Source: an uncultured Planctomycetales bacterium
GTDB lineage: Bacteria > Omnitrophota > Gorgyraeia > Gygaellales > Profunditerraquicolaceae
Direction of reading: 5' to 3'
DNA length: 55,735 nt
Assembly: GCA_964582765.1 (NCBI GenBank)
Contig: CAZOSW010000002.1
Span: 15,041-70,775, forward strand
Of this stretch, positions 31,701-40,533 are shown piece by piece. Positions within the stretch are counted from its first letter, which is position 1. The number at the start of each line of letters is the position of its first letter. The translations under genes were made by a program, and so were the position numbers. The notes beneath the pieces were generated by a model that did not search any database, had not been told where the DNA came from, and saw only the letters and a program-made list of their open reading frames with translations.

Positions 31701-31987
31701 GAGGATTTGATTTTAATAAATGTGCGGAACCCATGGCTTGATACAAACTGCCAGGATTTGTTTGCAGGGAAAAACTCTAGAATTGCCTGGTCCTTATCTT
31801 TGGTGCCAAAGCTACAAATACATTGGCCGCGGTTAACATAGAAGACCCACATCGGGATTCCGTATTTTCCGGCAATCCCCGGGAAGAAATTAGCAAATGG
31901 CTTGGCGTAGTTATAATTTTGGATAACAAATTCGCCTTGCTTATTCAGATAATACTTTACTTTAGTTTCCTTAGTTTTTATTGCCAT
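28787..31987 (-). CDS. Large GH94-clan-like glycoside phosphorylase family protein (GH94/GH149/GH161-like)
   Basis: 1066 aa, uninterrupted. Motifs resemble GH94 signatures: GNYRDTNQN (YRDxNQD-like), KPNWFDSLNG (DWNDxLN-like, Asp retained), SIWLH, SGSTAEF. The ORF itself is secure; the function is tentative. Confidence 0.5.
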   Translation of the reverse strand: MAIKTKETKVKYYLNKQGEFVIQNYNYAKPFANFFPGIAGKYGIPMWVFYVNRGQCICSFGTKDKDQAILEFFPANKSWQFVSSHGFRTFIKIKSSKETIYYEPFHNGYMNLKYRTVNSMYIDSAKLTIEENNFTLGIKTRVEYFNIPNDSFAGLSRTVSIENTGKKHRSIEIIDGLSQIVPFGVNNFFLKKLGRTIEAWMNIDNLDKDVPFYRLTVDPSDRPEVVHIDSGNFYLGFHFQGTKPKKIRPIVDPETVFGAVTDFSYPLKFLSKQKFSYPAWQLTKSKTPSALLLLSFELKPKEQKTFYTIIGHARDTETLNNSINKITKYGYIEYKLAQNSELIRKLKDDILTKSSSEPFNLYAGQTYLDNIMRGGYPKVFKSGAVFYLYARKHGDLERDYNKFQLQPTYFSQGNGNYRDTNQNRRSDLWFNPAIQDENIIFFMNLIQADGFNPLIIKGESFLLKDDLDLFKLSGMMIEINDINKLKSFFEKSFTPGELIFFIEDNRIKLKCSYDDFLELLLRSASKIQEAEHGEGFWTDHWAYNLDLIDSYLGIYPEKFSELFFGKRVFSFYDNTELVKPRSEKYILYNGAPRQLHSLMFDTPKKEMLRKRLNNPHLLRNQFGMGEIHYTTLIAKLLCLAANKLASLDPFGVGIEMEANKPNWFDSLNGLPALFGSSICETFELKRLLKMIKQALEKSPSDGIELAEEISIFIEQLSVLFSECELEYWDKSSAVKEDYRHKTHLGFSGTLASLPIHSLIPFLDAALKKVDSGLNKAFNKSLGVYNSYFINEVTEYDLVKDHYIHPKKFVQRPLPLFLEGQMHALRLCEDKQQFLTLHKSTKKSQLFDRNLKMYKVTAPLDTMPEEIGRCRIFTPGWLENQSIWLHMEYKYILELLKGGLIEEFYAEFKNVLIPFQNPQRYGRSILENSSFLVSSAFADKKLHGNGFVARLSGSTAEFLQIWLIMNAGLHPFSLDKTGQLNLTFKPNLAGWLFDRKGKYCFNFLSQIRVTYHNPERKNTFGKGCARIEKIIIFENNQPIEVNSAILSQPYAQKIRSRQIKQIDIFLE

Positions 31988-32009
31988 TTGTATTGAGTTA
32001 ATTAGTAGT

Positions 32010-32037
32010 ATTGTACATATTTTACTGAATTTGTCAA
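32010..32037 (-). promoter_or_regulatory. Near-consensus sigma-70 promoter for the 1066-aa gene
   Basis: On the minus strand: TTGACA (32037-32032), 16-nt spacer, TACAAT (32015-32010). No obvious SD before ATG 31987. Confidence 0.6.
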
Positions 32038-32105
32038 CCGTAACAATGACTTAACGCGGGTTTCGGCAGGCCCTTAGGTAAGTGCTGAAGGATGCTGTGT
32101 ATGTG

Positions 32106-32134
32106 TTGACTTTTAGAAAAAAGAATGTTAATAT
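32106..32134 (+). promoter_or_regulatory. Sigma-70 promoter for gatCAB
   Basis: TTGACT (32106-32111), 17-nt spacer, TAATAT (32129-32134), divergent from the promoter at 32010-32037. Confidence 0.6.
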
Positions 32135-32153
32135 AAAAAAATTGGAGAGAGTA

Positions 32154-32441
32154 ATGTCGATAGATAACGAAACAATTAAACATGTTGCACATTTAGCGCG
32201 TATCGAACTGCAGCCTAATGAGTTAGAAAGATTATCAGGCCAGCTGCATGATATATTGGGTTTTATTGATAAAATAAGCGATCTAAATATCGAAAATGTT
32301 GCCCCTGCAAGTCATATTCTACCCATAAGTAATGTGCTGCGGGAAGATAAGCCTCATACTTCATTAACTCCGGAAAGAGCCCTGGAAAATGCCCCAAGCA
32401 AAAAAGGGAATTTCTTCAGTGTTCCCAAAATAATCGAATAA
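32154..32441 (+). CDS. gatC: Asp/Glu-tRNA amidotransferase subunit C
   Basis: Start at ATG 32154 after [25 protein letters not shown] is the canonical GatC N-terminus. The track start 32082 overlaps the promoter. Confidence 0.9.
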   Translation: MSIDNETIKHVAHLARIELQPNELERLSGQLHDILGFIDKISDLNIENVAPASHILPISNVLREDKPHTSLTPERALENAPSKKGNFFSVPKIIE

Positions 32442-32442
32442 T

Positions 32443-33876
32443 ATGGAATTAAACCAACTGACTGCCCACGAATTATTGGCTAAGCTTAAATCGGGTTTGG
32501 TTAATTTTAATGCTATCCGGGATTCGCTTTATACTCGTATACAAAATATTGATTCTAAAGTTAATGCTTATGTTAGGTCTGGGGGTGCAAAAAAATCTGA
32601 TTCAAAAGCTGACCCGCAAGGGATGCTTAATGGATTGCCCATTACTATTAAAGATAATATCTGCACAGAGGGGCTGAATACTGAGTGCTGTTCAAAAATC
32701 CTTCAAGGTTTCTGCCCGCCATATGATGCAACAGTTATTAGTAAGCTAAAAAAATGCGGTGCGGAAATTTTCTCTTTAAAGGCAAATATGGATGAGTTTG
32801 CTTTTGGTTCCTCTACTGAAAATTCATATTTTGGGCCGACGCATAATCCTTGGAATTTAGAATGTGTTCCCGGAGGCTCTTCCGGAGGTTCGGCTGCTGC
32901 CGTTTCTTGCGATGAAGCGATTTGGGCGTTAGGATCTGATACCGGAGGGTCAATTCGCCAACCGGCATCTTTTTGTGCCGTTGTAGGATTGAAGCCTACT
33001 TATGGCCGCGTTTCGCGTTTTGGATTAATTGCTTTTGCTTCCAGCCTTGATCAAATTGGCCCGATTACCAAAGATGTTCAAGACGCAGCAATCTTGACTC
33101 AGATTATTTCAGGTTACGATCCCAATGATTCGACATCAGTAAATAAGGATGTGCCTGATTACACCAAAAGCCTCACCAATGATATTAAGGGCTTAAAGAT
33201 CGGTATACCTAAAGAATATTTTATCGAAGGCCTGGATCCGGAAGTCAAGTCTATTACAGAAGAGGCAATTAATAAACTAAAAACTTTAGGCGCATCTGTA
33301 AGCCAGGTATCTTTGCCTCATACGGAATATGCGGTGCCGGTTTATTACATTATTGCAACTGCTGAGGCCAGCTCAAATCTGGCAAGGTTTGATGGGGTGC
33401 AATATGGATACAGGGCTAAGTCGGATAATTTAGTCCAAATGTATAAACAAACGCGTGCAGAAGGGTTCGGAGATGAAGCTAAGCGTAGGATTATCTTGGG
33501 GACATTTGCCTTATCTCACGGATATTATGATGCGTATTACTTACGTGCCCTAAAAGTTCGCACGCTTATAAAACAGGATTTTGAGCAAGTTTTTAGTGAT
33601 TTTGATTGTATCGTTGCGCCTACTTCGCCAACCGCGGCTTTTAAAATCGGCGAAAGGACAAGTGATCCTTTAAAAATGTATCTTTCCGATATATATACTA
33701 TTTCTGTAAATTTAGCCGGGATTCCCGCAATATCAATCCCCTGCGGTTTTACTAAAAATACGCTTCCGGTCGGTTTACAGATTGCAGCAGGGGCATTTAA
33801 TGAGGAGATGCTTTTTAGGGTTGCGCATACGTTTGAACAAAATACGCAATGGCATAAACTTAAACCAAGGCTATGA
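32443..33876 (+). CDS. gatA: Asp/Glu-tRNA amidotransferase subunit A
   Basis: 477 aa with amidase signature [11 protein letters not shown]...[12 protein letters not shown]. Confidence 0.97.
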   Translation: MELNQLTAHELLAKLKSGLVNFNAIRDSLYTRIQNIDSKVNAYVRSGGAKKSDSKADPQGMLNGLPITIKDNICTEGLNTECCSKILQGFCPPYDATVISKLKKCGAEIFSLKANMDEFAFGSSTENSYFGPTHNPWNLECVPGGSSGGSAAAVSCDEAIWALGSDTGGSIRQPASFCAVVGLKPTYGRVSRFGLIAFASSLDQIGPITKDVQDAAILTQIISGYDPNDSTSVNKDVPDYTKSLTNDIKGLKIGIPKEYFIEGLDPEVKSITEEAINKLKTLGASVSQVSLPHTEYAVPVYYIIATAEASSNLARFDGVQYGYRAKSDNLVQMYKQTRAEGFGDEAKRRIILGTFALSHGYYDAYYLRALKVRTLIKQDFEQVFSDFDCIVAPTSPTAAFKIGERTSDPLKMYLSDIYTISVNLAGIPAISIPCGFTKNTLPVGLQIAAGAFNEEMLFRVAHTFEQNTQWHKLKPRL

Positions 33877-35306
33877 AATATCAGACGGTTATCGGCTTAG
33901 AGGTTCACCTGCAGTTAAGTACTAAGACTAAGGCATTTTGCGGGTGCGTTATTGATTTTGGAAAGGCCCCTAATTCTTGCGTTTGCCCGGTATGCCTGGG
34001 TTTTCCCGGAACCCTTCCGGTTTATAATATGGAGGCATTGAATCTCGCGATTAAGGTAGCTCTGGCTTTTAATTGCCAGATACAAGAGTATACCAAATTT
34101 GACCGAAAAAATTATTTTTATCCTGATTTACCAAAAAATTATCAAATTTCACAATATGATTTACCTTTGTCTCGAAACGGCCACTTATATATTTATAGCG
34201 AAAATAAACCTAAACGCATCGGCATTACCCGTATACATTTAGAAGAGGATGCGGGGAAACTTATTCATGAAGCTGAGCATAGTTTGGTAGATTTTAACCG
34301 CACGGGAATTCCGCTAATCGAGATTGTAAGTGATCCGGTTTTAAATAGCCCCCTGGAGGCTTTTGATTATCTGACTAACTTAAAAAGCATAGTCCAATAT
34401 TTAGATGTATCTGATTGTGATATGGAAAAAGGTTCATTGCGTTGTGACGCTAATATTTCGCTTCGGCCGGAGGGCGCAGAAGAATTAGGAGTAAAAACGG
34501 AATTAAAAAATATGAATTCTTTTAAAGGAGTAAAAGATGCCCTATCCTTTGAGGTGAAGCGTCAAACTGAACTACTTAAAAATAATGACCCTATGATTCA
34601 GGAAACACGGCTTTGGGATGCGGAAAAAGGAGTAACTGTGTCAATGCGTAGCAAAGAAGGCGCAAAAGATTATCGATATTTTCCTGATCCTGATTTAGCT
34701 CCTTTTTATATCAATCAGCCTATGGTCGAACGACTTAGGGCTCAGTTACCGGAGTTACCGCAGGAAAAAATGCGCCGCTTTATGAGTAATTATTCATTAT
34801 CAGAGTATGATGCTAAAATTTTAGTTAGTTCAAAAGAGGATGCTCAGTTTGCAGAGGGATGTATTCAGGGGTACTTGGGTAAGGATAAAAAAGTAATGGT
34901 TAACTGGTTAATCGGACCATTGCTATCAGAAGCTAATTTAAGAAAGGTTAAATTAAATGAATTGAATATTAGTAAGGATGAGTTAATCAGTTTAATTGGT
35001 TTTGTAGAAAGGGGAGATATTTCTGGCCTTGCTGCTAAAGGTGTATTAAACCAAATGATTGATTCTGGGAAAACCGCTCAAACTTTAATTAAAGAAGGCA
35101 ATCTTTTGCAAGTTTCGGATACAGCGGAGTTAGAAAAGATAATCGAGGTAGTTGTTACTGAGAATGTAAAATCGGTAGGTGATTTTAAGTCAGGGAAAAC
35201 AAATGCGCTTATGTTTTTAGTAGGCCAGGTTATGAAAAAAAGTTCCGGTAAAGCTAATCCCAAAGTTGTTGGAGAGTTAATCAAGCGGAGGCTAACTGAT
35301 GCGTAA
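33873..35306 (+). CDS. gatB: Asp/Glu-tRNA amidotransferase subunit B
   Basis: 477 aa with [22 protein letters not shown] and LEEDAGK. Confidence 0.97.
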   Translation: MKYQTVIGLEVHLQLSTKTKAFCGCVIDFGKAPNSCVCPVCLGFPGTLPVYNMEALNLAIKVALAFNCQIQEYTKFDRKNYFYPDLPKNYQISQYDLPLSRNGHLYIYSENKPKRIGITRIHLEEDAGKLIHEAEHSLVDFNRTGIPLIEIVSDPVLNSPLEAFDYLTNLKSIVQYLDVSDCDMEKGSLRCDANISLRPEGAEELGVKTELKNMNSFKGVKDALSFEVKRQTELLKNNDPMIQETRLWDAEKGVTVSMRSKEGAKDYRYFPDPDLAPFYINQPMVERLRAQLPELPQEKMRRFMSNYSLSEYDAKILVSSKEDAQFAEGCIQGYLGKDKKVMVNWLIGPLLSEANLRKVKLNELNISKDELISLIGFVERGDISGLAAKGVLNQMIDSGKTAQTLIKEGNLLQVSDTAELEKIIEVVVTENVKSVGDFKSGKTNALMFLVGQVMKKSSGKANPKVVGELIKRRLTDA

Positions 35307-36549
35307 GAATATATTTATCGGTATTTTGTTTTTGGTGATTTTATTTTTCGGCTCAAAAATAAGTTTTTCCGATAATAAAAATAAAGATAATGACCAGCTA
35401 TATAAACAAGTTGAGCTGTTTAGCGATACCTTGGCAGTTATTCAAAAAGAGTATGTTAGCGAAACAAAAATTAAAGATTTAATCTATGGGGCCTTAAAAG
35501 GGATGCTTGCTTCACTTGACCCGCATAGCCAGTTTATGGATCCGGATACTTATAATGAATTAAAAGTGGAAACTCGGGGAAAATTCGGCGGGCTCGGTAT
35601 CGAGATTACTATTAAAGACGGCCTACTAACAGTAATTACTCCTTTAGAAGATACGCCTGCATGGAAGGTGGGCATAAAACCAGGAGACCATATTGTAAAA
35701 ATTAACGACGACCTAACTCGTGATATGACCTTAACCGATGCTGTCAAAAAAATGCGCGGTTTACCTCAAGAGGCAGTAAATATTACGGTCTTAAGGGACA
35801 ACGAGAAAAAACTCCTAGAGTTTAAGATTATAAGGGATATTATAAAAATTAAAGACATTAAGTATGTGCGTATTTTAGAAAACGGAATTGGCTATATCCG
35901 ACTGATTGAATTTCGTGAAAATACATTACAAGAATTAAATAATGCTTTAAGTGTTCTCTCTAAGCAGAAAATGAAGGCTTTAATAATTGACCTGCGTAAT
36001 AATCCCGGAGGGCTCCTTGATGTTGCGGTAAAGGTAACAGGCAGGTTTCTTCCTCCGAATAAGATGATCGCTTACACTAAGGGCAGGCAAAAGAATCAGG
36101 ATTTAGAATTTTCCTCTGACGCAAAAAATGCGATACTTGATTTGCCTCTTGCAATACTGATTAATGAAGGCTCTGCTTCTGGCAGCGAGATTGTCGCGGG
36201 GGCCCTGCAGGATTATAAACGCGCCATAATTATTGGAACCAAATCTTTTGGCAAAGGTTCAGTACAGACAGTTGTTCCTTTAGGTGATGGTTCAGCCTTA
36301 CGCCTGACTACCAGCCATTATTTTACCCCTTCCGGTAAAATTATTCATGGTAAAGGAGTTATACCTGATATTTTAGTTTCAAGGGAAAAAACGGATAGTG
36401 AGGAGGAAGACAATAAGGCTAAACAGTCCGAAAAGTTACCCGGAGGAAAGAAGGATTTCGATTACAAAGCAGATGAGCAGGTTCTGCGCGCTGTAAATGC
36501 CTTAGAGGCAATTGAATTCTATAAACAATCTGCTAAAAATGAAAAATAG
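35299..36549 (+). CDS. ctpA: Carboxyl-terminal processing protease (S41)
   Basis: 416 aa with signal/TM helix, PDZ domain (GGLGIEI...GDHIVKIND), GSASGSEI and FGKGSVQ. Confidence 0.9.
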   Translation: MRKNIFIGILFLVILFFGSKISFSDNKNKDNDQLYKQVELFSDTLAVIQKEYVSETKIKDLIYGALKGMLASLDPHSQFMDPDTYNELKVETRGKFGGLGIEITIKDGLLTVITPLEDTPAWKVGIKPGDHIVKINDDLTRDMTLTDAVKKMRGLPQEAVNITVLRDNEKKLLEFKIIRDIIKIKDIKYVRILENGIGYIRLIEFRENTLQELNNALSVLSKQKMKALIIDLRNNPGGLLDVAVKVTGRFLPPNKMIAYTKGRQKNQDLEFSSDAKNAILDLPLAILINEGSASGSEIVAGALQDYKRAIIIGTKSFGKGSVQTVVPLGDGSALRLTTSHYFTPSGKIIHGKGVIPDILVSREKTDSEEEDNKAKQSEKLPGGKKDFDYKADEQVLRAVNALEAIEFYKQSAKNEK

Positions 36550-37309
36550 ATTTTTAATTTTTATTCTAATTTTTTTACTTTTTTTTGTATTTATTGCATT
36601 GATTTTAATGCCAATACATAAGAAAGCTGAGGTCAAAAGAGCACCTATATATAAAGGCCGGATCGCCATTGTAATTGATGATTGGGGATATCGCTTAGAT
36701 AATTTACCGATTATCAGGGGGATTAAGCAGCCTTTGACCTGCGCAGTTTTACCCAATCTTAGAAATTCCGCCTTAGTTGCGCAAAACTTAAATAATCTTG
36801 GTTTTGAAATCATATTACATCTACCGATGGAACCTAAAGAAAAGTATAGGCTAGAAAAGAATACTATTACTTTAGGCATGAATGCTGATCAAATACGTAA
36901 TATCATTGACACGGACCTGGCTTCTGTAATTTTTGCAAAGGGAGTGTCGAATCATATGGGTTCGGCCATTACTGTAAACGAAAGATTAACCTTTATAGTT
37001 ATGAATGAAGTAAAAAAACATAGGTTATATTTTTTAGACAGTTATGTTAGCATTAAATCAGTTTGCCAAAAAATAGCAAAAAAAATGGAGTTAAAGTTTG
37101 CTAAAAGAGACGTGTTCCTTGATAATCAAAACGATCCTGAATATATAAAGGGGCAGTTGATAAAACTAAAAAACTTAAGCAAAAAAAATAAGGCAGCTAT
37201 CGGCATAGGGCATGACCGCAAGACGACTTTAATGGTATTAAAAGAAATGCTTCCGCAATTAGAGGAGCAGGGTTATAAATTTGTCTTTGTTTCTGAGATA
37301 GTAAAATAA
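36539..37309 (+). CDS. Divergent polysaccharide deacetylase family protein (YibQ-like)
   Basis: TM helix, then IAIVIDDWGY, HLPMEP and NHMGS motifs. Either ATG 36539 or 36512 is a possible start. Confidence 0.75.
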   Translation: MKNRFLIFILIFLLFFVFIALILMPIHKKAEVKRAPIYKGRIAIVIDDWGYRLDNLPIIRGIKQPLTCAVLPNLRNSALVAQNLNNLGFEIILHLPMEPKEKYRLEKNTITLGMNADQIRNIIDTDLASVIFAKGVSNHMGSAITVNERLTFIVMNEVKKHRLYFLDSYVSIKSVCQKIAKKMELKFAKRDVFLDNQNDPEYIKGQLIKLKNLSKKNKAAIGIGHDRKTTLMVLKEMLPQLEEQGYKFVFVSEIVK

Positions 37310-37367
37310 ATCTTCGAATTATTTCTTTTGTTTTGGCGATATTAAGAATTATTAAAAAGGATTAGCG

Positions 37368-38345
37368 ATGATTGTTCTAGGGGTTGAAAGCTCTTGCGAC
37401 GAAACTTCTGTTGCAGTGGTTAAGAATGGCAAAAAAATTCTTTCTAATATAATTGCCAGCAGCCTAAAACTACACAGTAAACACGGCGGGGTTATACCTG
37501 AAATTGCTTCCCGCGCCCAGCTTGAGAGTATAGTCGATGTATTTAACCAGGCAATAAAAAAAGCTAAAATAAAACTTAAGCAGATTGATTTGATTAGTGT
37601 TACTTCAGGGCCTGGACTGCCGGGTTCACTTTTGGTTGGGATATCATTTGCAAAGGCGTTGGCATTAAGTTTAGGTAAACCTTTAATCGGTGTTAACCAT
37701 ATTTATAGCCATGTTTACGCCAATCTGCTTTGCCATAGTAATATTAAATTTCCAGCCGTAGCATTGGTAGTTTCAGGAGGGCATACAACCCTTTTCTACA
37801 TCAAGGATTTTACTAATTTTCGGGTATTAGGGCAGACTCGGGATGATGCATGCGGGGAAGCCTTTGATAAAGTGGCTAAGATTATGGGGCTGGGTTATCC
37901 CGGAGGCCCTTTAATTGAAAAATTAGCCAAAAACGGAAATAAGCATAAAATTAAATTTACCTGCTCAGGTACAAACATCGATATGGATTTTAGCTTCAGC
38001 GGCATAAAAACAGCAGTTTTCTACTATTTGAGAGATAAGAAATGCGGCCCCGGACTAAAAAAAGATTTAGCCGCTTCTTTCCAGGAGTGTGTAATTAATA
38101 CTTTAATGCGAAAATCTTTAATTGCTTGTAAACATAAAAAAACCTCAAGCCTTTTAATCGGGGGAGGTGTAGCCGCGAATGCATATTTAAGGCAGAAAAT
38201 TTCTACTAGGGCGAAAGAAACAGGGGTAAATTGTTATTTTCCTGATATTAATTTATGTATGGATAATGCGGCAATGGTTGCTGCATTAGGGGGTTATCTT
38301 TATAAAAAAGGCCAAAGGAGCAATTTATATTTAAATATGAATTAA
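37368..38345 (+). CDS. tsaD: tRNA N6-adenosine threonylcarbamoyltransferase
   Basis: 325 aa with LGVESSCDETSVAV, HSHV-type metal site (NHIYSHV) and GGGVAAN. Confidence 0.95.
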   Translation: MIVLGVESSCDETSVAVVKNGKKILSNIIASSLKLHSKHGGVIPEIASRAQLESIVDVFNQAIKKAKIKLKQIDLISVTSGPGLPGSLLVGISFAKALALSLGKPLIGVNHIYSHVYANLLCHSNIKFPAVALVVSGGHTTLFYIKDFTNFRVLGQTRDDACGEAFDKVAKIMGLGYPGGPLIEKLAKNGNKHKIKFTCSGTNIDMDFSFSGIKTAVFYYLRDKKCGPGLKKDLAASFQECVINTLMRKSLIACKHKKTSSLLIGGGVAANAYLRQKISTRAKETGVNCYFPDINLCMDNAAMVAALGGYLYKKGQRSNLYLNMN

Positions 38346-38408
38346 TTAGGGACAGCGACTATTTTTTACTAGCTACACGCTTTTAAAAAATAGTCGCTGT
38401 CCCTAATT
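38344..38408. repeat. Perfect 24-bp inverted repeat (hairpin) between tsaD and mgtC
   Basis: aattagggacagcgactatttttt (38344-38367) and its exact reverse complement (38385-38408), with a 17-nt loop. Starts inside the tsaD stop codon. Confidence 0.85.
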
Positions 38409-38424
38409 AAAAGAAGGAGAAAAT

Positions 38425-38871
38425 ATGCCTACCGATTTAGAAATAATTACACGTTTACTGCTTACTTTAGTTTTAAGCGGTTTGATCGGCCTTGAACGTC
38501 AAGTCCATCGCAGAGACGCCGGTCTACGTACCCATATACTTGTGGCTTTGGGTTCAGCTCTTATAATGTTGACATCCTTATATGTTTTTGATATACATAA
38601 AGGGCAGGTTTCATTAGACCCGGTGCGTATGGCAGCCGGCGTGGTTACAGGTATCGGTTTTCTCGGTGCCGGCACAATAATCCGTTCTGCCGACGGTGTA
38701 AAAGGATTAACTACAGCTGCCAGCTTATGGGTGGTTGCAGGTATTGGGCTAGCAGTGGGTGTCGGTTTTAATAGAATAGCTATTTATACTACGGTTTTAG
38801 TTTTAATCGTTTTGCATTTTTTACGTTACGTAGAAGGAACTCTTACAAAGGAGGATAAAGATGGCATTTAA
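38425..38871 (+). CDS. MgtC/SapB-family membrane protein (membrane domain only)
   Basis: 148 aa. LSGLIGLERQVHRRDAGLRTH and GIGFLGAGTI are family hallmarks. Confidence 0.85.
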   Translation: MPTDLEIITRLLLTLVLSGLIGLERQVHRRDAGLRTHILVALGSALIMLTSLYVFDIHKGQVSLDPVRMAAGVVTGIGFLGAGTIIRSADGVKGLTTAASLWVVAGIGLAVGVGFNRIAIYTTVLVLIVLHFLRYVEGTLTKEDKDGI

Positions 38872-39364
38872 AAAGAATTTAGAGGAAAAAATTCTAGATG
38901 TTGATGCCGCAATGCAGGGAACTTTAAGTTTTAAGGATCCGGTTAATCTGCGTATTAATGGAAAATTTGAAGGCAATCTTGATACTCGCGGAAACCTTAC
39001 TATTGGTACAACAGCTGTAATTAATGCGGATATTGTCGGGGATAACATTATTATCGGCGGCCATATTAAGGGCAAGATTACTGCTAAAGAGCGGCTTACG
39101 CTTCTGCCGCAGGCTGTTGTAGAAGGACATATCTATCCGGCCAGGCTTAATATTACGGAAGGGGCGATTCTGCAGGGTCAGTGCACTATGTTGCACGATT
39201 TTCTTAACTCTGAACAGCTGGCAAAATATTTAGAAGTGGAATTAAGTTCGATAACGGAATGGGCTAATTCCGGAAAAGTGCCGGCAAATAAAGAAAATAA
39301 TGAATGGAAATTTGAACGTAAGGCGATAGATGCCTGGGTAGCTTCAGGAAAAATCGCCAAATAA
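38861..39364 (+). CDS. Bactofilin-domain protein fused to a C-terminal excisionase/MerR-type HTH
   Basis: 167 aa. Beta-helical repeat region (INGKFEGNL..., IVGDNIIIGGHIKGKI, VVEGHIYPARLNITEGAILQG), then EQLAKYLEVELSSITEWANSGKVPANKENNEWKF. Confidence 0.7.
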   Translation: MAFKKNLEEKILDVDAAMQGTLSFKDPVNLRINGKFEGNLDTRGNLTIGTTAVINADIVGDNIIIGGHIKGKITAKERLTLLPQAVVEGHIYPARLNITEGAILQGQCTMLHDFLNSEQLAKYLEVELSSITEWANSGKVPANKENNEWKFERKAIDAWVASGKIAK

Positions 39365-39414
39365 ATTTATCCCGCATTTACTAATCTCGGGCGGGATAAT
39401 TATCGCTGTTTGAA

Positions 39415-39436
39415 ACCTAAATGATATCATTTAGGT
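39415..39436. promoter_or_regulatory. Perfect 22-bp palindrome, candidate operator
   Basis: acctaaatgat|atcatttaggt, 28 nt upstream of the HTH gene start and next to TATAAA/TATATT -10-like hexamers. Confidence 0.5.
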
Positions 39437-39464
39437 ATAAAGGTATATTTGGGAGTAGTTTTTC

Positions 39465-39776
39465 ATGATTGAAGATAAAATGCTTACAGTTAGGGATGTA
39501 TCTATTATTTTGGGAGTTTCTGAAAAGGATGTTTTAGATTTAGCAGAAACAGGGGCCATCCCGGGTTATAAGGTCGGTGGGGTATATTTGAGATTTAAAA
39601 AAGAGCAGGTTGATCAATACAAAAAAAATCATGGCCACTTACATCCAAAAGCCGCTAAAGCAGGACCGGTTGGGATAAAAAACAGGATTCATGATTTTTT
39701 TTATTTTAATGATTTTTATATTTTTGCAATAATTTTTTTAATCATTTTGGGTTATCTGCTTTTCCGGGGTTTATAG
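39465..39776 (+). CDS. Excisionase-family HTH protein with a C-terminal transmembrane helix
   Basis: 103 aa. LTVRDVSIILGVSEKDVLDLAETGAIPGYKVGGVYLRFKKEQV, then hydrophobic FYIFAIIFLIILGYLLF. Confidence 0.65.
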   Translation: MIEDKMLTVRDVSIILGVSEKDVLDLAETGAIPGYKVGGVYLRFKKEQVDQYKKNHGHLHPKAAKAGPVGIKNRIHDFFYFNDFYIFAIIFLIILGYLLFRGL

Positions 39777-39780
39777 ATCA

Positions 39781-40458
39781 ATGCCACAAAGACGCGGTTT
39801 CTGTGACTTGGGTTTTGCCAAGTTTGACACGGATAGAAAAAATCGAAAAGGTTTTACTGAAATAATTTATTGTCCGGGAAAAGAACTCAGGCATCTTAAG
39901 GCAATTGCTAAAAAGGTCATTAAGCTAAAAGAAGACCTCATTTTAACCAAATTAGATAAGGGTACATTTTCTTTTCTAAAAAAAGTAATTCCTGTTTTAA
40001 AATATAATCCCCTGGCGAAAATCGGTTATCATTTGGCTAGGCCTAAAGTCATCCCCAAGGGGATGGTTTTGGTAATTTGCGCCGGTACAAGCGATGTGCC
40101 TATAGCTGAAGAGGCGGCATTGACGTTGCAGATTATGGGTAATCGTGTTGAAAAATTATATGATGTGGGCGTAGCCGGAGTGCATCGCCTGATGAGCAAT
40201 ATAGATAAATTAAAAAAGGCTCAGGTGATTATTGTAGTAGCAGGGATGGAGGGAGCGCTTCCCAGTTTGGTCAGCGGTTTAGTTAAGGCACCGATTGTTG
40301 CAGTGCCAACGAGCTGCGGATACGGTTCAAGTTTTTCGGGGTTGGCTGCTTTATTGACTATGCTAAATGGTTGTTCGCCGGGAGTAAGTGTTGTAAATAT
40401 CGATAATGGTTTTGGGGCAGGATACTTTGCGAGTTTAATCAATAACACCCCGCGCTGA
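39781..40458 (+). CDS. larB: LarB-type PurE-like carboxylase (nickel-pincer nucleotide cofactor biosynthesis)
   Basis: 225 aa. N-terminal extension plus PurE fold (VICAGTSDVPIAEEA, GVAGVHRL, VVAGMEGALPSLVSG). Confidence 0.8.
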   Translation: MPQRRGFCDLGFAKFDTDRKNRKGFTEIIYCPGKELRHLKAIAKKVIKLKEDLILTKLDKGTFSFLKKVIPVLKYNPLAKIGYHLARPKVIPKGMVLVICAGTSDVPIAEEAALTLQIMGNRVEKLYDVGVAGVHRLMSNIDKLKKAQVIIVVAGMEGALPSLVSGLVKAPIVAVPTSCGYGSSFSGLAALLTMLNGCSPGVSVVNIDNGFGAGYFASLINNTPR

Positions 40459-40464
40459 TAGCAG

Positions 40465-40522
40465 CTGGCCCAGATTGGAATTGGGCCAGTGCCGCCTTAT
40501 GGCGGGTGTGCCCTTGCGGGCA
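40465..40522 (+). promoter_or_regulatory. Three consecutive GC-rich hairpins abutting the acsC ribosome-binding site
   Basis: ctggccca-9nt-tgggccag (40465-40489), gccgcc-ttat-ggcggg (40491-40506), tgccc-ttgc-gggca (40509-40522). The SD aggag follows at 40523-40527. Confidence 0.5.
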
Positions 40523-40533
40523 AGGAGTTAATT

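Noticed and set aside
40489-40533. Longer N-terminal extensions offered by the ORF track: acsC 40489, pheA 19821, aroF 22092, gatC 32082, ftsH 49519 and flippase 48502.
   Set aside because: Each extension overlaps an upstream gene, a promoter or a hairpin. Each also lacks an RBS, while an internal start with a good SD begins exactly at the conserved family N-terminus.
40459-40533. Cobalamin riboswitch upstream of the corrinoid protein genes.
   Set aside because: The spacer is too short at 75 nt and lacks the B12-box. It contains only three simple hairpins.
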